A stretch of 53,088 bases of DNA from an archaeon. GTDB lineage: Archaea > B1Sed10-29 > WALL01 > JAGHAM01. Below the pieces are notes generated by a model. It was not told the DNA's origin. It did not search any database and worked only from the letters and a program-made list of their open reading frames with translations. Shown here in pieces: positions 19,222 to 29,308 of this stretch. Positions within the stretch are counted from its first letter, which is position 1, and every line of letters begins with the position of its first letter. The translations under genes were made by a program, and so were the position numbers. The DNA is taken from positions 102,188-155,275 of the forward strand of contig JAIOSL010000007.1 of assembly GCA_021107635.1 (NCBI GenBank), in the 5' to 3' direction.

Positions 19222-20081
19222 ACATTTTTTGTTCTCTTTTTAGCTATTCTGTTTGCTTCGTTATAGCATTGGCTTACTTCATGTAAACGTTTTGGAATAT
19301 GAACTAAAGCCATAATCTTGTTTGAAATCACTTCCAAGTTTTTCGGGTTCTGTTCCAATGCTTTATCATAATATTCAATTGCTTTTTCCATTTCTTCTTG
19401 TACTAAAAGTGCATGATACAAATCATCTTTTTCTTGCTTGTGCCACTTTTGCATGCTCAGATTGTATATCGCAAGACCTTTTCTGCTAAGAAGCTCTGGA
19501 TTATCTGGCTGAAGACGTAATGCTTTGTCATACTCAGTTAATGCTTCCTTGTAATTTCTTAGTCCTGCAAGAGAATTACCTTTGTTTTCAAGTGCTTCCA
19601 CATTGTCAGGTTCAATCTTAAGAATTTCATCAAATAGTTCTATAGCATCCTTAAAATCTTCTTCAGGACCCTCAAACTTTCCAAGTTCATGTAACGCAAG
19701 ACCTTTATCATTCAATGCTTCTATGTTCTTGTTGTCCTTTTTCAGTTTTTTATCACAATACTTTATGGCATCTTTATAGTATTCTATAGCTTCATCAAAT
19801 CTTCCGAGCCTGTGTAACGCATTTCCTTTATTGTTCAATAAAGAAGAATTCCCTGGATTTTGTTCCAACGCTTTATCCAAAGCAGTAAGAGCATTATCAA
19901 AATCACCTATTTTGTTAAGAGCATGTCCTTTCATATTCAAAACAAGAATGTTTCCAGGTTCTTTAGCTAAAACTTTATCATATTCTGCTAAAGCTTCATC
20001 ATATCTGCCTTCATTGTACAACTCATTACCTTTCTCAAATTTCATTCCTGCTTTACCATTAAGCGCGTTTTTTGATGCCAT
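19218..20081 (-). CDS. TPR repeat protein
   Basis: Repeated KG.AL..LG..EA...YDKAL...P.N units. Confidence 0.88.
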   Translation of the reverse strand: MASKNALNGKAGMKFEKGNELYNEGRYDEALAEYDKVLAKEPGNILVLNMKGHALNKIGDFDNALTALDKALEQNPGNSSLLNNKGNALHRLGRFDEAIEYYKDAIKYCDKKLKKDNKNIEALNDKGLALHELGKFEGPEEDFKDAIELFDEILKIEPDNVEALENKGNSLAGLRNYKEALTEYDKALRLQPDNPELLSRKGLAIYNLSMQKWHKQEKDDLYHALLVQEEMEKAIEYYDKALEQNPKNLEVISNKIMALVHIPKRLHEVSQCYNEANRIAKKRTKNV

Positions 20082-20167
20082 GTTATTCTCAACAATACAC
20101 GAGTATAAAAATCTAATTGTATGTCTAACAATTGTTCTTTTATGCCTGGTTTTTCATAAACTAGTCA

Positions 20168-21127
20168 ATGGACCGTGAGGAATTAGAGTACGCTATAAGC
20201 TATCCTTTCACTTCAAAAGCCAAAAAAGTTGTTGAACAGACCGGCTTCAATCTAGATGATCCTCCACTAGAGGTTTTAGACAGAGCAAAACAAAGAATTG
20301 AAGAAAACATACGAGGTTCTTTTGAACCAGTAAAATCAAGTTCAGAGAAAATACTATTAACAGAGCTTTTCTCATATCCTGTAGCAAAAATTCTTGCCTC
20401 TCTCACAACAGATTATTCTCTAATTCAACGCTTTTCTCGTGGAGAAGCAGCAAGACTGTCACGACACCTTTTGAATGATCCACATAGGTTAAGCGAGATT
20501 GCAAAAGAACTAGGAATAAACATTTCTGAAAACCAAATAAGTTTCGCTGACTACGTAAAAGCAGCTCCTGAGAAGTATCCTCTAGTCAATGCTCCTTTAA
20601 AACAAGGAGTTATCCAAATAGACGATCGAATACTACCAGAAATAATCGCAAATACCCTCAGAAGTAAACTTTCTCAAGAACTATCAAAAAAAATTAATGT
20701 TCCTCAAGTATACTCAAAACAAGCAAGTGCATTCAAAAAAGAGCTACTCTCTTTTACTACTGAAGATTTAGGACCACTAAAAATAGAAGCCTTCCCACCA
20801 TGCATCAACACACTAATAAACCAAGCTAAACTAGGTAGTCCAATGCCACACCAACCACGATTTGTGTTGTCCTCCTTCCTGGTTAACACAGGAATGCCAA
20901 CAGAAAACATTGTTAGATTATTTGCCAACACCCCCAACTTTAATGAAAACAAAACCCGTTACTATGTAGAATATTCTGCAGGCAAACGCGGTTCTGGCAT
21001 CAAATATACCCCACCATCCTGTAAAAAAATGGATTTTTATTCGCTCTGCAGAAACAAAGATGCCTTATGCAATTCAATCCACCATCCTTTAAGCTATTAC
21101 TCAAGAAAAAAGAGGGATAAGAAGTGA
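20168..21127 (+). CDS. priL: DNA primase large subunit
   Basis: YPF N-terminus, FPPCI, H..RF.L, F....T.Y, Y.PPSC...C....C..I.HPLSYY Fe-S domain. Confidence 0.9.
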   Translation: MDREELEYAISYPFTSKAKKVVEQTGFNLDDPPLEVLDRAKQRIEENIRGSFEPVKSSSEKILLTELFSYPVAKILASLTTDYSLIQRFSRGEAARLSRHLLNDPHRLSEIAKELGINISENQISFADYVKAAPEKYPLVNAPLKQGVIQIDDRILPEIIANTLRSKLSQELSKKINVPQVYSKQASAFKKELLSFTTEDLGPLKIEAFPPCINTLINQAKLGSPMPHQPRFVLSSFLVNTGMPTENIVRLFANTPNFNENKTRYYVEYSAGKRGSGIKYTPPSCKKMDFYSLCRNKDALCNSIHHPLSYYSRKKRDKK

Positions 21128-22233
21128 ACAGAGGATTTATTCTCAGAAAATTCAGAGAATACTACTCAAAAAATGAAGTAAAAGCGCCTCCACAGATAGA
21201 ACAAAGAGAATTTGGCATAGGTCTAGAAAAAAAGATAGACTCACGACACATGCAGTTCCAAAATGCTGACAAACTAAACTTCTATCTGCGTTCAGCAGTT
21301 CCACTATACATATCTTATTCAGCAGCGTTCTATGAATTCCCAGAAGCCAGGCCAATGCCTAACAAAAACAGGACTGGAGCAGACTTGATATTTGATTTAG
21401 ATGCAGACGAATGTGATGTCTCATGCACACATCCTCATGATGAAGTCTGTTCTGACTGCATGCGACAAGTAAAACTAGAAACAGAACGGTTAGTTAACGG
21501 CTTTCTCAAACCAGACTTTGGATTCAAAAATGACGACCTGACAATAGTCTTTTCTGGAAACAGAGGATTTCACATTCACGTGCGCTCAGACATAGTACAC
21601 GATTTTGACCAGAACGCAAGAAAAGAAATCGTAGAATACATAGGTGCAGAAAAAATAAAGCTAGTACATCCCGGCGAAAACAGGCAGCTTTATGGCCCAA
21701 CCATACAAAGCGCCGGTTGGGGTGGTAAAATAGCTCTCACGCTCTATGAAACAATACGAAGCTCTGAGAATACTAAAGAGTTCAAGAAAAAAACAGGGTT
21801 ATTAACACCAGCAATCAACAACATATTCCGCAACAAAACAGCAGCACTAGAAGCAATGCGAACAGGAATCTGGAGTAAAGTACCAGTAAGCGCGAATGCT
21901 TGGGATGACCTAGTAAAAGATCTAGCAGGAAAACTCAGAGTCAACCTAGACAAAAACGTTACAATGGACATGGCTAGATTGCTTAGGCTTCCCGGCTCGC
22001 TGCATGGTGGCACAGGGCTCGTAGCATGTGAGATAACAGACTTACATAAATTTGATGCTTTTAGTGATCCAATAGTGTTTGGAGACACACCCTGCAAAGT
22101 CACACCAAAACAGAATAAAACATTCCTACTAAACAAAAAAGAATACTCACTAGAAAAAGAAAAATCAATAGAACTTCCTGAATACGCAGCAATATATGCC
22201 ATATGCAAAAACTGGGTGAACATACATGACTGA
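21124..22233 (+). CDS. priS: DNA primase small subunit
   Basis: REFG, DLIFDLDAD, C-H-C-C zinc knuckle, FSGNRGFH, RLLRLPGSLHG. Confidence 0.93.
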   Translation: MNRGFILRKFREYYSKNEVKAPPQIEQREFGIGLEKKIDSRHMQFQNADKLNFYLRSAVPLYISYSAAFYEFPEARPMPNKNRTGADLIFDLDADECDVSCTHPHDEVCSDCMRQVKLETERLVNGFLKPDFGFKNDDLTIVFSGNRGFHIHVRSDIVHDFDQNARKEIVEYIGAEKIKLVHPGENRQLYGPTIQSAGWGGKIALTLYETIRSSENTKEFKKKTGLLTPAINNIFRNKTAALEAMRTGIWSKVPVSANAWDDLVKDLAGKLRVNLDKNVTMDMARLLRLPGSLHGGTGLVACEITDLHKFDAFSDPIVFGDTPCKVTPKQNKTFLLNKKEYSLEKEKSIELPEYAAIYAICKNWVNIHD

Positions 22234-22789
22234 ACTTTCCTATGAAAAAATAAGAGACATCCAAAGAAGAGAACGAAAAGAAGCATCACTAGCCGCAATA
22301 AACTCTGATTTTTACCCAAGCCTAGCAGCACTAGTGAAAACAATGGAAAAACAATACACCGAAAATCCAGACACAGAAAAACTAAGAGAAAAAGAAAACA
22401 TGCTTAAACTAGCCAAACAACTATTCGATCAACGAGAACAAAAAATTCTGCTAAAAGCAATGAGAGCAATACGCGCAGGAAGGAAACTCGATGAGAATCT
22501 AACACCAGAAGAAAAAAAATTCTATGACACTCTTACCAAAGCATTAGAAAACAATCGTGATATGTTTGAAAAAACAATACATGGACAACAAATAACCAAA
22601 AAAATGCCCAAAACCCTTTTAAATGAAACTGCGCATAAAGTAGTCCTCGTCAGGGTGCTAAAAGAAATACCCTGTTTTGTAGGTTCTGATTCTACAGAAT
22701 ACGGACCATACAAACAAAACAGCATGGTCAAGCTCCCTGAAAAAGAAGCAGAACTCATGCTTAAACGTAACCTAGTAGAAAAAATGTGA
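22226..22789 (+). CDS. GINS complex subunit (Gins15/Gins51 type)
   Basis: RER....L..I..DFY, R..KI, LT.EEK, F.G.D..EYGP..; conserved position after priS. Confidence 0.85.
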   Translation: MTELSYEKIRDIQRRERKEASLAAINSDFYPSLAALVKTMEKQYTENPDTEKLREKENMLKLAKQLFDQREQKILLKAMRAIRAGRKLDENLTPEEKKFYDTLTKALENNRDMFEKTIHGQQITKKMPKTLLNETAHKVVLVRVLKEIPCFVGSDSTEYGPYKQNSMVKLPEKEAELMLKRNLVEKM

Positions 22790-22799
22790 GTGGATACAC

Positions 22800-23084
22800 A
22801 TGAAAATGCCAGACAAGATTAGAACCTATTGCCCACACTGTAGAAAACATACAGAACATAAAGTCAAACTCTACAAAAAAGGCAGAACTCGACCCACAGC
22901 TCAAGGCCAGAAACGTCACGATTTGAAAACCCACGGTTATACCAGTAAAATTGCTGGAAAAGTAACCGTCTACAAACAAGCCAAAACTCCTACTTTCGTG
23001 CTTACCTGTAGCCAATGCAGCAAAAAACATCCAAAAAGCTTCAAATCAAGAACCAAAAAAATAACCGAACTAGTCAAAAAGTGA
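22800..23084 (+). CDS. rpl44e: 50S ribosomal protein L44e
   Basis: RTYCPHCRKHTEH ... LTCSQC; basic. Confidence 0.92.
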   Translation: MKMPDKIRTYCPHCRKHTEHKVKLYKKGRTRPTAQGQKRHDLKTHGYTSKIAGKVTVYKQAKTPTFVLTCSQCSKKHPKSFKSRTKKITELVKK

Positions 23085-23089
23085 TAACC

Positions 23090-23254
23090 ATGTCCAAATT
23101 TTTGATAATAACCTGCCCAGAATGTGGCAACAAACAAAGAATATTCGCCAGAACGAGCACTGAAATAAAATGCCAAAAATGCGAGAAACTTCTAGCTAAA
23201 CCAACAGGCGGAAAAGCTGAAATATTCGGCAAAATCACAAAGGTGCTCGAATAA
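23090..23254 (+). CDS. rps27e: 30S ribosomal protein S27e
   Basis: MSKFLIITCPECGNKQRIF...C..C...LAKPTGGKA; ATG at 23090. Confidence 0.93.
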   Translation: MSKFLIITCPECGNKQRIFARTSTEIKCQKCEKLLAKPTGGKAEIFGKITKVLE

Positions 23255-24009
23255 TGGAAGAATACCCAGAAGAAGGAGATCACGTAATCGTCAAAGTCAA
23301 GAACATAGAAAGGTATGGCGTTTTCGTAGACTTAGTTGAATACAAAAAAGAAGGCTTTGTTCACGTCTCGAAAATTACTTCAGGTTGGGTAAAAAACATT
23401 AGAAGTCACGTCAGCGAAGGCCAGTTGCGTGTTGCATCAGTACTAAAAGTAGACAGAGAAAAACAACTGATTGACCTTTCAATGCGTAAAGTTTCTCCAA
23501 CACAAGAAAAAAGAACAATGGACGATTGGAAACGACAAAAACACGCAATGAAAGTATTCAATCATGCATGCACAACACTAGGAGAAAACTTTGAAGAATC
23601 CAAAAAACTATTACCCCCAATAGAAGAAAAATATGGAGACCTTTATACTGCCCTAGAAACAGCAACCCTAGACGGAACAAATACATTCAAAGACGTACAG
23701 ATTTCAGAAAATTGGAAAAAAGTATTAGTCGAAGAAGCCCAAAAAAGCATTAGCAAACCATCAGTAGAAATACGTGGCACTCTCACACTCCAATTTTATA
23801 CTTCGAACGGCGCAGAAAAAATACGTGAACTAGGAGACACCGTAACAACAGAAAACGTTTCAGTCAAATATATCAGCGCTCCTGACTATCTTCTTACAGT
23901 AACAGCACGCGATTACATCACAGCAGAAAAATTCCTAAGCAAAGCAATGAAACAAATAGAAGAAACAACCAAAAAGAATAAAGGCGAATACAAGTTCAAG
24001 AGGGAATAA
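23254..24009 (+). CDS. eif2a: Translation initiation factor 2 alpha subunit
   Basis: YPEEGD S1 domain, SGWVKNIR, IDLS.R, YISAP.Y. Confidence 0.93.
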   Translation: MEEYPEEGDHVIVKVKNIERYGVFVDLVEYKKEGFVHVSKITSGWVKNIRSHVSEGQLRVASVLKVDREKQLIDLSMRKVSPTQEKRTMDDWKRQKHAMKVFNHACTTLGENFEESKKLLPPIEEKYGDLYTALETATLDGTNTFKDVQISENWKKVLVEEAQKSISKPSVEIRGTLTLQFYTSNGAEKIRELGDTVTTENVSVKYISAPDYLLTVTARDYITAEKFLSKAMKQIEETTKKNKGEYKFKRE

Positions 24010-24174
24010 ATGCACAAACTTCGCAAATGTAGTACCTGCAACGCATACACGCTTGAAGAGCAACACTGTGGGAAAGAAACAATTGCCGCACATCCACCTA
24101 AATATTCGCCAAAAGACCCATACGGTAAATATCGTCTTAAAGCGAGGGAAAAACAATGGACGAATTTGAAATAA
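24010..24174 (+). CDS. nop10: H/ACA RNP protein Nop10 (absent from the ORF track)
   Basis: Manual translation MHKLRKCSTCNAYTLEEQHCGKETIAAHPPKYSPKDPYGKYRLKAREKQWTNLK (54 aa); canonical position after aIF2a. Confidence 0.93.
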   Translation: MHKLRKCSTCNAYTLEEQHCGKETIAAHPPKYSPKDPYGKYRLKAREKQWTNLK

Positions 24175-24926
24175 CAATAGAAAAAGAAATTAAACTCACT
24201 AAACCACTACTAGTAGAAGGACTTCCAGGACTAGGACTAGTAGGTAAAATTGCAGCAGAGCATCTAGTAGATGAACTACACGCAGACAAAATAGCAACAA
24301 TGCGCTCAACCATATTTCCCCCACAAGTAATGATAACTGAAGACGGAACCGTCGATTTAATGGAAAACCAGTTCTACGCATGGAAAGCAGAAAAAAAAGA
24401 CCAACACGACCTCCTGTTCATAGTAGGCGACCATCAAGGAACAAGTTCAACAAGCCACTACAAACTCAGCGAGAAAATTCTAGACATAGCAGAAATGTAC
24501 AAAACCACACAAATTTATACACTAGGAGGTTATGGCACAGGAAACATGTCCAGAAAACCAAAAGTCTTCGGAGCAGTCACAGACAAAAAAATGATCAAGC
24601 CACTCAAACAAATCGGTGTATCCTTCGAAAAAACCGGTGGAATAGTCGGCGCAGCAGGACTCATGATTGGCCTAGGAAAACTTCGAGGAATGCCCGGCGC
24701 ATGCTTTATGGGAGAAACACACGGACAAATAATTGATCCCCGTTCAGCAAAATCCGTTCTAGAAATACTAACAAAACTTCTCAAAGTCGACATCAACCTA
24801 AACGAACTCGACAAAAAAGCCAAAGAAACAGAAAAAGCCATAGAACGAGCACGCAAACTAGAACAACAAAGAGTGCAAATGGAATCATTCCCACCAGAAC
24901 AAGAAGGACAAAACTACTTCAGGTGA
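24156..24926 (+). CDS. Proteasome assembly chaperone family (PAC2) protein
   Basis: EGLPGLGLVGKIAA.HL, GD.Q, YTLGG, I.GAAGL, GET.G..IDP. Confidence 0.9.
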   Translation: MDEFEITIEKEIKLTKPLLVEGLPGLGLVGKIAAEHLVDELHADKIATMRSTIFPPQVMITEDGTVDLMENQFYAWKAEKKDQHDLLFIVGDHQGTSSTSHYKLSEKILDIAEMYKTTQIYTLGGYGTGNMSRKPKVFGAVTDKKMIKPLKQIGVSFEKTGGIVGAAGLMIGLGKLRGMPGACFMGETHGQIIDPRSAKSVLEILTKLLKVDINLNELDKKAKETEKAIERARKLEQQRVQMESFPPEQEGQNYFR

Positions 24927-24930
24927 TACT

Positions 24931-26151
24931 GTGCTAATAGACCTGCACATACATGGTCCACACTCACGCGGCACATCCAAACAATTAAGCATCACAAACC
25001 TAGAAAAATATGCTCGGATCAAAGGTATTGATTTACTTGGCACAGGCGACTTCACTCACCCAGTATGGTTAGCTCATCTAAGAGAACACCTGGAAGAGCG
25101 TGGCGGTCTGCTCTACACGAAGACAGGTTTCCCTTTCATGCTCTCTACTGAAATCTCAAGCATCTACTCTCAAGACGGAAAGACCCGGAAAATTCATCAG
25201 GTACTGCTTGCTCCGAACTTTGATATCGTCGAACAGATTCGAGAAGCTCTGCTCAAGCACGGAAGACTCGATTATGATGGTCGGCCTATTTTTGGTCTGC
25301 CTGCACCAGAGATTGTCGAGCTTGCAATGGAAGCGAGCAAAGATTGTTTCGTCTTTCCAGCGCACATCTGGACACCATGGTTCAGTCTCTTCGGAAGCAA
25401 CTCTGGCTTTGACAGCATGAAAGATTGCTACCAGGACATGCTCAAGCATGTGCATGCTATTGAAACAGGCATGTCCAGCGACCCAGCAATGAACTGGAGA
25501 CTCTCACAACTAGACGACAAAGCAATCCTTTCATTCTCTGACGCACACTCTCACTGGCCTTGGAGAATAGGCAGAGAAGCAACATCCATCAACACAAAAC
25601 CCTCTTATACCTCTATCATTCAAGCATTCAAATACAAAAACATTGAATATACTGTAGAAACAAATCCATCATACGGAAAATACCATTTTGACGGCCACCG
25701 CAACTGTGGAATAAGTTTTTCACCCAGAGAAGCGCTTGCACACAACAACACATGCCCTGTCTGCAAACGTCCTTTAACCATTGGCGTAATGCATCGAGTA
25801 GAAGTATTAGCAGACAGAGAAGAAGAATACCAACCAAAGAACGCAACACCATTCAAAACACTTATTCCACTCTCAGAGATCATTTCAGCAGTCACAGGCA
25901 AAGGCATTGCCACAGCTTTTGTTTGGAAAGAATATAACGAATTGGTTCAAGGCTCAAGCGAACTACAAGTAATGCTAAAAATGAATGAACTAGAACTCAG
26001 AAAACGCTCTCGACCAGCAATCGCAGAAGCAATCCTAAAAAACAGAGAAGGAAAGATCCAAATTGAACCCGGCTTTGACGGAGTTTATGGCAAACCAATC
26101 ATAGAAACAAAAATAATCAAAAAAGGACAGAAAACACTAAGCGACTTCTAA
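24931..26151 (+). CDS. Endonuclease Q family (PHP + Zn finger)
   Basis: DLHIH...SR.TS, GTGDFTHP, PAHIWTPW, SDAHS, GKYH.DGHR.C, CPVC....T.GV..RV, PG.DG.YG. Confidence 0.88.
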   Translation: MLIDLHIHGPHSRGTSKQLSITNLEKYARIKGIDLLGTGDFTHPVWLAHLREHLEERGGLLYTKTGFPFMLSTEISSIYSQDGKTRKIHQVLLAPNFDIVEQIREALLKHGRLDYDGRPIFGLPAPEIVELAMEASKDCFVFPAHIWTPWFSLFGSNSGFDSMKDCYQDMLKHVHAIETGMSSDPAMNWRLSQLDDKAILSFSDAHSHWPWRIGREATSINTKPSYTSIIQAFKYKNIEYTVETNPSYGKYHFDGHRNCGISFSPREALAHNNTCPVCKRPLTIGVMHRVEVLADREEEYQPKNATPFKTLIPLSEIISAVTGKGIATAFVWKEYNELVQGSSELQVMLKMNELELRKRSRPAIAEAILKNREGKIQIEPGFDGVYGKPIIETKIIKKGQKTLSDF

Positions 26152-27414
26152 TTTTTTAGCAAGCTTTTCCAGCTTAACCTGTTCTTCTTTACCAGTTTCC
26201 ATATCCCTAAGCGTTACCTCACCCTTCTCCAAGTCTTTCGGACCAACAACAACCACTTTGCTCGCGCCAACAGAATCAGCATACGCAAACTGTTTACCTA
26301 GCTTACGATCCATCAAATCAATCTCCACTATCAAGCCATCAGCTCTGAGCTTCTGTACTATCTCTAAAGCCTTACTTCTAGCATCACTATTCACAGGAGC
26401 AACGTAGATTAACCCTCTGCACGTCTTTGAAAACATATTTTGTTCTTCCATTAACTGGATAATTCTCTCAATTCCAATAGAAATGCCAACCGCAGGCAAT
26501 GCCGGACCACCATAATTTTTAACTAACTGATCATAACGTCCTCCACCAGAAACACTTAGTTTGCCTCCGCTCACAGCAATCTCAAACACATTACCCGTAT
26601 AATAATCCAATCCGCGCGCCAGACTTGCTTGAAACTCTACTTTATCCTTGAAACCAAGCAAAGCCATGTACTCCAAGAAGCTTTTTACTTCTTCAACCCC
26701 TTCCTTTCCCGTGTCTTTGACCTTTGATTCAATCTTTGAGAGCGACTCCTCACTAATCAGCTTAAGCAACGTCTTTGCAGACTTATCATAAATACCTTTA
26801 CTTTCCAGTTCTTCAGCAATACCCTCTTTGCCAATCTTATCCATTTTGTCAATACTTCTGAAAACACTGGATACGTCCTCATTCTTTATTCCACAGCTTA
26901 ACGCAAGACCCTCAAGCAATTTACGATTGTTAACAAAAACCTTGTAATCCTTAAAACCCAGCGCGTCCAGTGTTTCACAAACAACAGCTACACACTCAGC
27001 ATCAGCAAGCACACTCTTACTTCCAAAAACATCAACGTCCGCCTGCCAAAACTCTCTATATCTGCCTGCTCCTGGCCGGTCATAACGCCAGACCCTGCCA
27101 ACCATAAAACGCTTGAACGGCTTTGGTAAATCAGGTTTGCCAGCCACCACACGTGCAGTCGGCACAGTCAAATCAAAACGCAATCCCAGTTCGCGCCCGC
27201 CCTGATCTTTGAAACAGTAAACTTCCTTCTTTATCTCCTCTCCTCCCCCACCTTTAGACGAAAGCAGCTTCATCGATTCAACAGCAGGAGTCCCCATCTC
27301 CCGAAAACCATACTTTTGAAATACTGTTTTCACTACAGAAATTACGTACGTCCTTTTCTCCATTTCCTCTGGGAGAAAGTCGCGCATTCCTCTGACTGTC
27401 TGATAGTCACTCAT
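26137..27414 (-). CDS. hisS: Histidine--tRNA ligase
   Basis: RGMRDFLP, LRFDLT, RYREFWQ, ARGLDYYTG, GGGRYD; likely start MSDYQ. Confidence 0.96.
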   Translation of the reverse strand: MSDYQTVRGMRDFLPEEMEKRTYVISVVKTVFQKYGFREMGTPAVESMKLLSSKGGGGEEIKKEVYCFKDQGGRELGLRFDLTVPTARVVAGKPDLPKPFKRFMVGRVWRYDRPGAGRYREFWQADVDVFGSKSVLADAECVAVVCETLDALGFKDYKVFVNNRKLLEGLALSCGIKNEDVSSVFRSIDKMDKIGKEGIAEELESKGIYDKSAKTLLKLISEESLSKIESKVKDTGKEGVEEVKSFLEYMALLGFKDKVEFQASLARGLDYYTGNVFEIAVSGGKLSVSGGGRYDQLVKNYGGPALPAVGISIGIERIIQLMEEQNMFSKTCRGLIYVAPVNSDARSKALEIVQKLRADGLIVEIDLMDRKLGKQFAYADSVGASKVVVVGPKDLEKGEVTLRDMETGKEEQVKLEKLAKKLEVA

Positions 27415-27467
27415 AGCATAATTTTTGACAAGCCTGCTTTTTATTCCTTGCATGCGCAAGCTTAAAC

Positions 27468-28466
27468 ATGAAAGAAGCTTTACTCTGGGAACCGCACGAC
27501 AATGTAATCCACTGTAAACTATGCAGGCATGGTTGCATGATAAGCGAAGGCAAGCGCGGACTCTGTAGGGTCAGGGAAAACCATGATGGCAAGCTTTACG
27601 CGCTCACCTATGGCAAGCCTTGTTCTGCTAATCCAGATCCAGTAGAAAAAAAACCTTTATTTCATTTTTTGCCAGGCAGCCAAACCTTTTCAATAGCCAC
27701 TCCCGGCTGCAACTTTAGATGCTTACACTGTCAAAACTCTTCGATTTCTCAAGTAGGACCCGAGCAAGTTCCAGCAATAGCTTTGCCACCAGAAAGCGTT
27801 ATAGACCAAGCCAAGCGCACTCACTGCGAAAGCATCGCATACACTTATACCGAACCCACTGTTTTCTTTGAATACGCAAAAGACATTAGCGAGCTCGCGC
27901 ACAAACAATGCCTGAAGAACATTTTTGTCAGCAATGGCTATATGTCCCCTGAAATGATAAAATCTTATGGCACGCTGGACGCAGCTAACATTGACATCAA
28001 AGGCAATGAACGCTTCTACAAAGAAGTTTGTGGCGCAAAACTAGAAGGCGTCCTAGACTCAATAAAACGCTTACATAAACAGAATGTACACCTAGAACTA
28101 ACCAACCTGCTCATACCCAGCTACAACGATGACACTGACTCAATAAAACAAATCGTCGAGTTTATAGCAAGTCTTGACACAAGCATACCCTTGCATTTCT
28201 CAGCATTTTATCCAGCCTACAAACTCCTAGACGCAAAACCAACTCCACGCAACACACTAGTAAAAGCCAGAGAAAACGCGCTTGAGAACGGGCTCAAATA
28301 TGTATATTGTGGCAATACATACGCAGGAGACCCATACGAAAACACCTACTGCCCTAACTGTAAAGAACTTCTAATAGAACGCCACGGCTATAACATAATA
28401 AAAAACACTCTTTCTGATGCCAAATGTCCAAACTGCAGAACAAGCATTAACGTGCATCTAGACTAG
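27468..28466 (+). CDS. AmmeMemoRadiSam-type radical SAM enzyme
   Basis: CKLC.H.C....G.C.VR.N, DPVEKKPLFHF.PGS, GCNFRCLHCQN, YTYTEP, C-terminal CPNC pairs. Confidence 0.9.
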   Translation: MKEALLWEPHDNVIHCKLCRHGCMISEGKRGLCRVRENHDGKLYALTYGKPCSANPDPVEKKPLFHFLPGSQTFSIATPGCNFRCLHCQNSSISQVGPEQVPAIALPPESVIDQAKRTHCESIAYTYTEPTVFFEYAKDISELAHKQCLKNIFVSNGYMSPEMIKSYGTLDAANIDIKGNERFYKEVCGAKLEGVLDSIKRLHKQNVHLELTNLLIPSYNDDTDSIKQIVEFIASLDTSIPLHFSAFYPAYKLLDAKPTPRNTLVKARENALENGLKYVYCGNTYAGDPYENTYCPNCKELLIERHGYNIIKNTLSDAKCPNCRTSINVHLD

Positions 28467-28500
28467 CTCTTAAGCTAGTTACTATCTTCCAGTGGTGTCA

Positions 28501-28530
28501 AACCTATAAGGTTTATATTCTATCTCTGCC
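28501..28530 (+). promoter_or_regulatory. TATA-like box overlapped by an inverted repeat
   Basis: AACCT-ATA-AGGTT palindrome running into TTTATAT. Confidence 0.4.
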
Positions 28531-28682
28531 AAAATGTTACCACGGCCCAGTAGTTTGGTGGGGGGTTAGCTTGAAAGACTTTAGGACTACCTCATGCGAT
28601 AGGAATTCTTCTAGAACAACATCAAGCAAAACTCTTTCTAACTCATATGGGTTTTAAACGCGTTAAATAAAAGGTGAAAAAA

Positions 28683-29180
28683 ATGAATAAAAAACTAGCA
28701 ATGTTACCAGCATTAATCCTGCTGGCTGGAATGGCAATGGCTGCACCTGGATTCCAAGCACACAAAGATGTTTGGGTTACAGGAGACTGGGCATGGGATG
28801 GAGCATCTTGGCAAAACGGAAACTACCTAACCGCATCCTACAACTATGATGTAGTAAGTCCAAAAGCAACAAGCGCATACTACATTGAAACAGAAAAATC
28901 TGTTGGAACACCCTGGAAATACGGATTGAAGATGTCAACTGGAGCAAATGCACCAGGAAGAACTCATAGCGTCATGCACGTAACAACCGTAAACGATCCA
29001 GAGACCACACCAGCAACAGGCGGATATACTCAATACAAGTTCGCATCAAACAGCTTTGGTGACTTTACCAACTCACACCTATCAGTAAGCGGAGAAGGAT
29101 GGGCACACGTAGACACAACAACCGTCTTCGACAGTGGATTTACCCAAAACAACTTTGTGAACATCAACCACGGATGGTAA
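28683..29180 (+). CDS. Secreted beta-rich hypothetical protein
   Basis: Sec signal MNKKLAMLPALILLAGMAMA; T/S/G/aromatic-rich; no TM anchor; GGTGA SD. Confidence 0.8.
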   Translation: MNKKLAMLPALILLAGMAMAAPGFQAHKDVWVTGDWAWDGASWQNGNYLTASYNYDVVSPKATSAYYIETEKSVGTPWKYGLKMSTGANAPGRTHSVMHVTTVNDPETTPATGGYTQYKFASNSFGDFTNSHLSVSGEGWAHVDTTTVFDSGFTQNNFVNINHGW

Positions 29181-29195
29181 AACCAATGAAATACC

Positions 29196-29231
29196 TGGGA
29201 GAATTAATGGGCAGTGAACCCCCATCTCCCA
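29196..29231 (+). terminator. 3' stem-loop (terminator or stabiliser)
   Basis: TGGGAG..ATGGG-loop-CCCAT-CTCCCA nested stems after the stop codon. Confidence 0.45.
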
Positions 29232-29308
29232 AAAAGGTTAAAAAGAAGTAAATGCAAAATATTTGCACTTTAGGTAATACAAAACTGTTTTAATATGGTG
29301 GGATTAAA

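Noticed and set aside
23015-23089. N-terminal extension of S27e in the ORF track
   Set aside because: It overlaps L44e; the canonical start MSKF is at 23090.
29196-29231. Hairpin as a SECIS element
   Set aside because: No in-frame UGA candidate nearby and no Sec machinery in the window; UGA acts as a normal stop.
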